A DNA stretch of 64,000 nt from Lytechinus pictus (lineage: Eukaryota). The notes under the pieces were generated by a model that saw nothing but the letters and a program-made list of their open reading frames with translations, was not told the DNA's origin and did not search any database. The stretch's first letter is position 1. Every line of letters starts with the position of its first letter. The position numbers and the translations under genes were made by a program. This document shows positions 53,146 through 64,000 of this stretch, piece after piece. The stretch lies in NCBI RefSeq assembly GCF_037042905.1, contig NC_087249.1, positions 3,534,001 through 3,598,000 on the forward strand, written 5' to 3'.

Positions 53146-56100
53146 TTATAAAACCAAACAAGTTGAAGATTTCTTGTTCCTTTTCTTTTCCGGAGAGGGA
53201 GACGGGGTTTTGTCAAGAGGTTTATTGTTCTCTTCTTTTCTTGGTTTGTTAATGTCAGGTGTGGTCTGGGGTCCATCGTCACATGCTGGTGACGTCATAT
53301 TCTCCTGTCCCGTGTCTGGAAAAGGGGAAATAACTCAATCAATTAAAAATAACAAAAAACACAATTTTTTTCATCACTATGACACGAAATCTGAGGTTTT
53401 AATCCCTACCAGATTTATGTAGATCAGTCTATCTTACATATCAGATTTGACTTAATCCATGTACCAAAAAATGCGAACAAATTACAATAATAGGCCTAAT
53501 GATTGTGATGGTAATGCCAACGGTATTGGTGATGATGATGATGATGATGATGACGACGATGGTTATGATGATGGCAATGATAATATCTATGGAAGTAAAT
53601 GGATGACGCCACACTAATCAAGGAGAGGGGGACGGGGACGGAACAACAGACCTCCTCTCCCCTAAGCAATTGGATCACTTTTTTCATCTATTCGTCAGTG
53701 ATAATTCAATTCAATTCAATTCAATTCATTTTATTGTCATAATGATGTGATAGTAATCAAGCGTGATAAATGATAACTGAAAGATTTGAACCTTACCTTT
53801 GCCTCCATCACCAATCCCTGGCAGCTCTGGCGTCTCGGTCTCAGCAGGTCTTTGTGGTTTGTTGTTCATATTATCCTGATCCTCAAGAACCTCAACCCCA
53901 AGGGTCGGCTCAGCATGTTCCTTGATCTTCTCCACCAGTTCTTCGAACTTCTCATCATCAAAGTTGGCCACAGTGGTCTCGTTAGTAAAGTCAATGTAGA
54001 GGAGCTGTGTGAAGGTCATACTCATTGGTCCTTCCGGGGGCCAGGTCATTTCTTCAAGAAGCAGGGGAATGATGGGTTTACGAAGTGCATCAGAAAGACT
54101 GATCTCCCGTCTGCAGTTCGCAGAGAGGGCGTACTTTGATGTCACACATGAAACCACAACCTGAAACAGTTAAAAGTCGAAGAAAATTTAAAACTGATAT
54201 CCTCGGAAACGGTATCATAAACTGAACTGTCAGTTTCATAAGACAAACAGAAAACCCGAAACAAAATGTTCACATACAACAATAAATCATAAAATTAGAC
54301 ATATTATGACACATTTACATCGGATTCATTTAAATCGATTGTTGGCCTGTAACTGGTTAGTGATACATACTTTTTGAATTTTGGATGATTTATATAGACT
54401 GCTTATAAGAACTCTTGCTTTCAACCAAGAATGTAAACCCTTGAATTGGTTGCTGCAATCAAGATCGAGTATTGTTAAAGCCGCCTGCTCATTTAAAGTG
54501 ACTAGATCATTTGGGGTTAGTACTTAGCCTTACACTTTCAAGGTTGAGCAAAGAACAAGTTGTAAACAATGACGAATGCCATACATACGTCCATTTCATT
54601 CAGAACAGATTAGCTTTGAAAGAAAAAAAAAATCTATGAAATATACTAAATTTCACTCTCCGTGTTCTAGATTAAAAACTATCTCACCTTTGCATTTCTT
54701 ACACCTTTATCAATCTTGGAGTAGAGTGGATCCCCACCACCCATTTGATTGATGTCTAACCAACAGTGGTACCCTAGATCAGTGAGACGAGAGAACAATC
54801 TCTGTATTTGTGGTTGCTTGTCCCATTGTTAAGAGATGAATACGGTTGGGGGATCCACAGATTCCTGGGATGAAATAAACAAGAGATAATTTCAGCAAAT
54901 CATAGGTCAAGTAAAATTAAAAATAGGCTTGACGTGAAGAGAATCGCAGGATTGTAGATGAATAATACATAAGCATTGTTGAAAGGAGAGTAGAAAACTA
55001 GAATATAATATCAAAGGACACAGAAAACGGCAATTGTAATATTTGGAGCTCGTTAAGTGGCATCAGTGCATAACATTTGAGATTAAAAGCAGCTCCAAAC
55101 ACGTGAATGAAAACTAGATTGTAGGCCAATCATAAGGGCTCATTTGACACTGAGGGTTGATCCAATGTTTTTGGAAATAGAAAGTTGAACTTTGTCATTT
55201 ACCGTAGTTTGATTTTGCTGAACACCAGGTATGTTCTTTGTGTCTTCCGATACCTTTTTCACCGTGGCTGGTTTGTCTTCTACCTGAGGAATCCAATTAC
55301 GGTACTCTAAGTAGAAAAAAGGATGTAATATCATATTTTCGTTTTGACAAATAAAATATTAAAGCTCCGGGTCTGGAATAAAATCACATTGATACTGAAT
55401 TAATCATATGTGCTTAATTTTAGTATACCATGCATACATAACGATGTCTGCAAACAAATCTCAAACATTTTTCATATTTTCCCCGGTGGATTTAAGTGCC
55501 ATTATCCTCTTAAATGTGACACTCAGAAAAGTATGAAGGTCACCTCCGGGAGATATGCTAACCTTTTTTTACGCTGTGTGATTTTGTAGCCATTTAACAA
55601 CTTCTATTCAAAATCGTATACATTTGAAATGTTTATTTTATATTTTGAGATGACAGACTTCAGCATTCTTCTCACCGTCTTACCTTCAGATATCATACTC
55701 TCCTCCGGATTTGCGTGGTAAGAAATCTGTCCGAGAAGCTCCGAAAACTTCGGATCTTCCCAGAACTTCTCACCCCTGACGTATTCCTTGTCGTTGTAAA
55801 ACTGTATGTAGAGAAGCTGAGCAAACAGCATACTCATTGCGCCCTCAGGTGGCCACTTGGTGTGATCTATGAGGACGGGGATGATAGGTTTGTTTAACAG
55901 GTTGGCAAGATTAACCTAGAAGATGAAGGAAAGAAGAATACTGTTAGAAAATTGGTTATATGACCTGGCCTATTAGGTAGACTGGAGCTGCTGCGTACAA
56001 CATGTAAAAGACTTTGGTGTCTATTGGAAATGTTAGATGGCTTACTTATTCCGCATTATTCTGTTTCGTAGGCCGAACACCATTGCATTACTATTATGAA

Positions 56101-59100
56101 TTTTAAATGTATTTTGGTCTTAGAAAATTAAAATTGTACATACAAATATTTTGTTAGAATAAACATATATATATATAAATATAATTTAGATGAATATTGA
56201 GGAAAGTTTATTCTGTGCAATAACTACACGAGCTACAACCTACAAAACTAGCACGTGAAGGACTGTGCTCCAAACATTATCATCAACATGTACATACTTT
56301 TATCATCCATGTTCAATAGCGACTAAATGCTTAATGACTTCTATTTATATGATTTATCATTACCAAACTGTATAGCTATACCAGCTGAAAATCGATATAG
56401 AATTAGCATTGCATTGGATGTAAATTCTCATGACTGAATAAAAATAGTTTTCACAAGATGTGATAAAAGAATTGTGAAAAGGGTTATAATGCTTTAAAGC
56501 TCTTTCAGAATTAAGATGTTCCCCCAAAAGGAAAGATTTCGACACCGAATTATGAAATAAATCTCAATACCTCCTTGTTGCAGTTTTCCGAGTTCGAGTA
56601 TTTTTCCGTCACCATACAGAGTACCACTTTGGATGATCTCATGCCCTGGTTGATCTTAGCGAATAACTGATCTCCTCCACCCATCTGACCAATGTCCATC
56701 CAGCAGGGAAACCCGGCCATCTCAAGATGCTTTCTGATGGCCTTCACCTCGGGCTGGTGGTCCCACTGATAGCTCAGGAATACTGTTGGAGGTATTCCAG
56801 AATCGTCCGAAGGGGCTTGAGGTACGAGCATTTCTAATGTAATAAAAAGAAAACGTTGTTGCCTTGTAGTTATGTAGGTGTTGATATCAGCTATCTTTCT
56901 ATTAAGCGGCTCTCGTTACCAACCATCATGACCATGCGGCTAAAATTATGTCAAACTCGGGCAAACTAATGTTCGAATAATTAGAGCGTAGTAGTCAATT
57001 AACAGGAAATTAACCAATGAGAACCATGTACCCAATTAACTAGACCATGGATCCTAACTAGACTGCATGGTAAATCTGGTTCGTGACCAGATAATGTTCT
57101 ACTGGTGGCAATATATTTAAGAAGATGATTATTAAAGAAGTTTGGGGTTAAAGTTTGCTTTGGATAATTTCCAAGGTAGAAAATCATGCACTAGGAAGTA
57201 TTTCGTGCATATGTATTCCTAACACGAAAACGAAACTTGAATCAAAATTATGTACCTGCTTCTTCTAGAGATTGCGTGATTATTTCTGCTGCATCAGTTC
57301 TTCCCATATCCTCTAGCGCACCAAGAATGGCATAGGTAGCGTCACTACTCTTGTGAGTTGTGTACCATTCGGCTAGGATGGCCATGGTAGGGTCTGGTGA
57401 TAGGGCCCAGTTACGGATGTCTTCACCCGAGTAGCCGAGACGAACTGCCAAGAATCGCCAGTCATGTTCGTGTTCGGGGTTCAACAGCTTTGATACGTCA
57501 CGCGACCATTTAGGCGCGTTAGTTATCGTCTACAAAAGGCAAAAGTTGTAGAAAACTTATCTATTAAAAAAAATCACAAATGGTTACAGGACGCAATGAA
57601 AAATATGAGCTCTTTCTGTTGGTTTGGTCATATACATTAGTTTTGATAAGAATGATTTGATTCAACATCGAAATCGTATCATGTACAGGAATGACAGTGA
57701 AGTCGCAAAGACACAAGCTATCCTTTTGATGTCAACATGCCAATATTACACGGATTGTCTCCATTGCAAACCTATGCTTTCCAACTTACAAAACAAGAGG
57801 ATGCCATTTTATCCTATCCCACGTACAAAAAGGGGCGTAAAGTTTTATGTAGAGGTACCATGGCAATGATATCTTATTCAAGGAAATAAAAGTCGGTTTG
57901 GCGGGTTCAAATCTGATGAACTATGTATTTCACAATCTTTCCAAAGCCCCCTTTTACCTTATGGTCGATCTCTTCGACCTTTTCGACCGTCTCATCGACG
58001 ACTTCTTCTAACTCATCCAGTCTCTGGCCCTGCTCATTGACGTCTTTCTTGACGTTCAAAATCTCGTCACCCTGTTCTGTCACAGTCTCGTCAATTCTCG
58101 TTATGTCGTTTTCTGTGTTCGTCACGCGAGAATCCAAGTTATCAATATCTTCCTGCTGCTCGGCCACGTCTTTGCTGAGACTTTGCAAGCTAAAAAAGTG
58201 TAAAATTTTTTTTTTAGTCGTTTCAAGTTCAATCTACGAAAGCCGTGGAAAGAAAATATACTGTCTCGATAATTATTGGCGTGCTACAAATACTTAGATT
58301 TCATTTCCAACATGATACTGTGCTTTCCATTCTCCTCACACGTTGCTTGTTGTGGAAACTGTATTGTGATTATATTCAAATGCAGATACTGATGATAATA
58401 GTGATAATGTTGATGGGGGAATTTAAAGTTATGATAGCGTTTACGAATAACAATAACTCCACAAATTAAGGTAGATTTAAACATAAATGCCAAATGTGGC
58501 AATATGACAAAGCGACCTCATGCAGAATCAAGCAAAATGATAACCGAATTGTGTGTCTGTATACAGGACTGAAATTGTGTATTTAATCATACATCATTAT
58601 CATAACCAAATCAATTATATTCTATAACTATGTTTTGCTTAATTTTTTTTTTATACCTTACCAAAACATTTTCTTCCCAATTTCACCCGAAGATCATTTA
58701 GGATTTACCTTCTGTCTTCCAAGAAATCGATCAAGGATTGGACCAGGTCTGGAACACCCATCTGCTGACATGTCTTTAGTTTCTCTAGTTGTGGTCGATA
58801 AACGGCTAGACATTCCTTATAAGCCATGCCAACCCGCTTTGCCTCCATCAGTATTACAGAGATCCACATAGGATCTATCGTCTTCACCTTGTCAAAGAGG
58901 ATCTTTAGACACCTTGTAGCTTCTTTCTGTGGGAAAGAACAAAGGATTTGACATAGTGATACCGACAAGGATAACAACATAGGTCTGTAGGCCTTCTATC
59001 CTGCTAATGGTCATGGGGGAGCGGGCCTTCGCGCGTGCGGGGCTGAAAAATGTGGAACTCTCTTCCACAGGGTTTAAAAACTTAGACATCAGCAACCACC

Positions 59101-59617
59101 TTCAGGGACATCCTGAAGATGTACCTGTAATATAATGTATAAGGTTTTTTGGACAGACAACCATCTATGTATGAAGGCTATCCTTGTATAGGTCCAATTT
59201 GCTTTGTACTTTTTCCCTTTCTGTATTTTTCTCTAAAGCGCCTTCAGCATCTAAATAAGATTGAAAGTGCGCTTTACAAATTCTATGTATTATTATTATT
59301 ATCATCATCTCCCCAGTACCTTATTTCACTTATCAAAAGTTATACCCCTTCAAGATCTTTACGTTCCTCCTTTTCCAATTCTCTTGTTACCCCCAAAATT
59401 TCCAAAACCTGGGGTGAAAGATCATTTGTTTACTCATCCTCTAAGCTATGGAATAGCCTCCCTCAAAACATCAAACAATGCTTGACTTCTGAAACTTTTA
59501 AACATTACCTCAAAACATTTCTGTTCAATTCTTCTTAATTTCTTTTATAATTTCCTAAAAAGCGCCTTGAGCAATCTACAGAGTGGATTTGGCGCGATAT
59601 AAGTCTAATTATTATTA

Positions 59618-59691
<74 letters not shown>

Positions 59692-60717
59692 AGACCGGAC
59701 CCATATCCCAAACTTGTCACCGAACTTGTAAAGTATGAACGACGTCTCTTACCCAACACCATCATATTTTCGGCTACGTCTTAATGACCATAAATGAAGG
59801 ATAGATCTCTGATCGTTTTCTTTAGAGGTAGTGCCTTAGGTAATGTGTTTGATAATTACCTCGCTGGTGCAACCGACGCTTGCAATGATAGTACATGCAG
59901 AAGACACCGAGAAAGCCGACAGTTCCCATGCTTTCACACATTTATCTATGTGTTCGACAAATTTGATGGCATATTCACGAGAGATATCGGCGAGTGCCAG
60001 AAAACAGAGGGTCGCAAGGGTTGGATCACACAGGTCCTCCATCATGAGATCGATGTGAGAGACCAGAGCCTGCAGAAAAATTATTCAGAATCAAAGGGTT
60101 TTATTCAAAGAATTACATATAGACGAGAAGGAGCAATTAAACCTTAAAAATGAATGCTCATTGGTACTTTCTATAGTCTGGAAATGAAGTCACATTGGTA
60201 CGTTCTATTTCTGTGCAAGGTGGAAAATGTCTGAGTGGATTTGATAAAGGGGGCGGATGCCATCCCTTCTCCCCTTTCTACACTCATAGCCGGATAGGGG
60301 AGTCTGCCCATATTAATTAGAGCTATATCGGAGAACATACAAGTAATTATCCGTTACTCTTTGAGTCTTCTTTTCTCTGCCTGTATGAAAAATTCCTGGG
60401 AAAAATTCTAAGACCCCTCCAATTACATTTAACGTTATTAAGTAAAAACCGGTGAAAAGGAAATTTTGACTTCTTCTTTTCCATCAGTATTTCAATAATG
60501 GAAGGCAAGGCTACAAAATCATACCTCGGGATTTTGTTAAGCAACTTCATCCAAGAGAAGGTACATATAGGTCTTGTCATCATGACCCATGTCTTCCATC
60601 TTTTCTGCAAGTTTGTCCATTCGCGATAAAATCACTTCCGGTTTGTTCTTATAAATTCCAGTTAAAGCACCTATACGAATATATTGCAAAGAAATATATT
60701 AAAGCAATTAAGAATTT

Positions 60718-60748
<31 letters not shown>

Positions 60749-63700
60749 AATGCCAATACAGTATTCCAATACAGTATTAGTATTACTAGTATTACTTATA
60801 TGGCATAAGAAACAACCCTCACCCACATACCCATAAAAGCACCTACAGTGCTGTGAAGCCTTAATAACCAGAGACTGATCAGAACGTACAATAGCAACAG
60901 GGATCTCCGTCAGTGGAGAAAATGCCAGTCAGATGGCGAATGGAGAATGCAGAAATACATCCAATAACTATCATACAGAACCCCTAAGAAAAAAAGATAA
61001 TAATAATAATGATAATAATGATAAAAGAAAATTACGAAAGACATATTCCATATCCATGAAAAATACCTACTGCAAATGTGTGTGTCTTCACATTTGTTGC
61101 TCAAGTAGGCCTCCACTATGGCGTCACCATATGCGACAAGGATATCACCGTTTTCCCCAAGCGCTCCTAAGGTATTACCCGCTAATTCCTCTAAGTCTCT
61201 GACGTCACATGTGAGAAGTTTTAAAACACTTGGAAGGAGATCCTTGTATTTATTCACCTTGTCAACGTCCTAAATCGGAGATAGATATCATATCACTTTA
61301 TTGTTGCCTCAGAAAATCAGCCACTTAACTATTTCACTCTTTAAATAAAACATGAAAGGACATGAAAGAAAAATGTACATAGAGAACTCTGACTTGGTGA
61401 AATCAGGGTTAGACCTACAAAATAAAAAATACTGTAAAGGAAGAGAGTTATATTATTTAGGTAGCAATCACGCTATATTGAATTTAAGGCAGCGATATTT
61501 TGCATCTTTTCCAATCCAATTTAGGCAAGATATATTTAATTTCAATATTCACGAGTAGTATAAGAAGTCATGGCTAAAGAATCATACCTGCAGTATATAA
61601 TCAGTGATAATTGTGCTTATTATATCTCCATGGACTGAGAGAGGTGTCTCATCGCCCTCAAGCTCTTGCTCCAGACAGTATTCCAAAATGCTCTTTAATT
61701 GACTCACACAAGATTTCCTGTGATAAACAACAATAATTATTTTCATTTTGTCGAACACAAGTAATTGAAAACAAAGAACTGCTGAAAATTAATGGGGTAC
61801 CGTAGAATTAACTTGCAGTACTTTCACTATAAGCTTCCAATCTTATTCATGAGAAAATAAGATTACTTCTTGAGTAGTTTGAAAATACTGTGGTCTATCG
61901 AAAAGGTCATGGCTCCCAGGAGAATGAGACTAAAAAAGGTTTCATCGAAGTATGTTTCCTAGATCAACTCACCAAAAACAAATACCAAAATCAATTTCAA
62001 TACACTTCCCTGTATAAGATATGGGAAAGTCGATTAGGTAAAAAAAAATGCATTCAATGTATAATGATCCATGTATCTTTCTTGGTTGGACAATGTTTAA
62101 TCTGACGTTGCCCAAAGGATTGCACAGTAGCTGGTTACACAGAATATCAAAACTGCCAAATGTATAATCCGTTGCCCAAAATTGTCGTCAAAATGTATTA
62201 AAGCATATATCATGCTTTTACCTTGCCATTCGTAATATTTCAAGTAAATCAGTATTATCACTACTACTATTCCTGATATCTTACCCAGCATTTTCTAGCA
62301 TGGCACAAGCTGGCATGGCTTGTGCCAGAGCCTTATGGTCCAGGTTGTGTTCAAAGTCGACGTCTTCACGGCGTAACCATTTGAAAAATATTTCCAGGAC
62401 ATCAGGAATAAGCTTTTCAGTACCCTGTAACAGAGGGAAATGAAATGTTGGGTACCAGTGTTGGGGACCATGGTTGGTGATGACGTCAATATAGTAACGA
62501 TGGTGATTCGTGAAGAACGAAGTGAGTTTTTGCACCGAGACGCAGAACATATCCTATAACACATCTTAATGCATTGATAATGCAAGTGCATTTTTAAATA
62601 ATATCGCTAGCACTTGTCTGAGGGCGTTCATTCAACCTTACCAAGAATGCATTATTGAGGGCCAAACTTTAATTGAATGATGCACAACTTTAATATGGAA
62701 ATTATGTCTTATTAAAAATGTGTTTCAATATAAATCAGTGGCATTACATGAAATAAATATATATAATTTTTTTTATAATCATGAATCACTGAAGTTTAAG
62801 TTAGTCAACTGCAAAAAAAGAGAGGAAATTTCGTTTGATAAAACTGTGATATGCCACAAGCTATATTGTATCACCGTATAGAACGTACAATATACACACC
62901 AGAAACATGAAATGGTTTGCGTAAAAAAAGTTGCAGAACAAAAAGCACGTATCATGCAGGGGTTTCATGGGAAATTTTTACTCATTATTGCGTAAAATTA
63001 ACATAGTATTAGGTTTTTTTTTTACCAAAACGAACATGCATTCAATTTAATCCAAATTTTTGTAAGCCTTTCTTATAATGAAATGGAATGAAATATGGTG
63101 GGGAGTGGTGGAAGGTATTTTAAATATATAAACTGTACCTCCCATGACATCTCATTTGACTCAGCAATGGCAAGAGCAACAACGAGATGCATGTCTGAAC
63201 TGCTCTGGAGACATGACGAAAGCAACCGAACGAATGACCCCTGAACTTTCTTGATAATCTTGTCGCGACTAAAATGCAATAAGGAAGATAAAAGTGAAGA
63301 ATAAAAATGTTATCGGTTAAAACTGAATGTGAAGACATTTTCTAATATTTTGAATAAGTTACGAAATTTTCCCATTTTGACTTAATGAAAAAAAATGACG
63401 ATAATTTTCACAAGGTCAGAAGATTTCACCACTACCACCACCATTTCTGCACAAAAACTCCTTGTTTCAAAGCAATCTTGAGCTCACTATTACCCTGTGT
63501 CCAAGACAACGCAATACAGAAAGTTATGTATAGAGACGTGATTGAGGTTCAATTTTTCAAGCTTTACTTAAGGCCACCATCACGATAAAAATCTTTAGGA
63601 TAAGGTAAAATTTGAAACGCTATCATATCATATCTAATTTGCATATTCACATAATGTGTCGTAACAATAAATCATACGCTGTATCGTATTGCAGTATCAT

Positions 63701-64000
63701 ATATATTTAGAGTCGACTGACATCTGCTTATATCTTCAACAACAACAAAACAAACCTTAAGCGCCATTATCATGATTATCCAGAAAAAACCCCAGACTCT
63801 CATAAAAAAAATCATTTAATAAACAGTCTCTAGGTGATGGGTATTTGTTGCGCCTATGGTAACCATGAGTCGTCTAATAGGTCCGTGTCTATATCAGTCC
63901 ATTTACTCACCTACAAGCGTTGATGATATCTGAAACTGTATCTTTGAGTGCGCTGCCAGAATCACCCCATGACACATGCTTCGCCTCGTCAGACTCCTTC
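53146..64000 (-). CDS. VEPH1/Melted-like ARM + coiled-coil + Death + TIR + TIR + CaaX protein; 5' end lies beyond the window; two in-frame TAA codons (null allele, pseudogene, sequencing error or readthrough)
   Basis: Exons, all GT-AG with matching phases: >64000-63911, 63268-63139, 62424 (or 62553)-62285, 61717-61588, 61269-61071, 60670-60525, 60069-59860, 58926-58709, 58189-57958, 57529-57256, 56833-56571, 55915-55684, 55306-55203, 54864-54688, 54160-53797, 53315-53146. About 1,025 codons are visible. Death domain: [11 protein letters not shown]...PTMAILAEW...[16 protein letters not shown]1: VFLSYQWD...[12 protein letters not shown]...[13 protein letters not shown]2: VFIS*QWD...[12 protein letters not shown]...[10 protein letters not shown]. 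The protein ends [13 protein letters not shown]. Confidence 0.88.
58985..59301 (+). mobile_element. Older L2-type LINE 3' fragment
   Basis: Degenerate [19 protein letters not shown]....[11 protein letters not shown], then AAAGCGCCTTCAGCAT...GTGCGCTTTACAAAT and an (ATT)n tail. Confidence 0.7.
59302..59690 (+). mobile_element. Young L2-type LINE 3' fragment with long (ATT)n tail
   Basis: Reads [21 protein letters not shown]...[12 protein letters not shown]...[10 protein letters not shown], then the 3' motif and ~85 bp of ATT repeat. Near-identical to 17385-17675. Confidence 0.88.

Noticed and set aside
53460-53730. His-rich ORF and (AATTC)n repeats
   Set aside because: Intronic (GAT)n and pentanucleotide microsatellites.
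53146-57529. Calling the Death+TIR gene MYD88 or SARM1
   Set aside because: MyD88 is a short Death plus single canonical TIR protein, and SARM1 has SAM domains. This protein has two TIR_2-type domains, no SAM and a CaaX end.
59149-59538. 129-aa ORF as a host gene
   Set aside because: It reads through one LINE tail into the ORF2 C-terminus of a second LINE fragment.

Overview
AT-rich, intron-dense animal DNA. The repeat families and gene style suggest a sea urchin or other marine invertebrate; this is inference. The window holds three spliced genes and one 837-N assembly gap. (1) The 5' part of an OTUD7A/B (Cezanne)-family deubiquitinase lies on the minus strand and runs off the left edge. 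(2) Head-to-head with it is a ~25 kb plus-strand gene of about 43 coding exons and ~1,940 aa. Its ~1,600 aa coiled coil is built from phase-0 exon modules and is spliced in frame to one intronless non-RD protein kinase exon. (3) Tail-to-tail with that is a minus-strand gene entering from the right edge. It encodes a VEPH1/Melted-like ARM region, a coiled coil, a Death domain, two TIR_2-type TIR domains that keep the NADase-type Glu, and a polybasic CaaX end (CLVL). In this assembly it carries two in-frame TAA codons, both in the context CT-TAA-CAA. Gene 3 is the best candidate for an undescribed signalling system, and possibly so is the three-gene neighbourhood. The introns contain LINE fragments, several MITEs, a ~520 bp palindrome and microsatellites. 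All exon models were hand-derived from GT/AG sites and frame continuity; no database searches were run.
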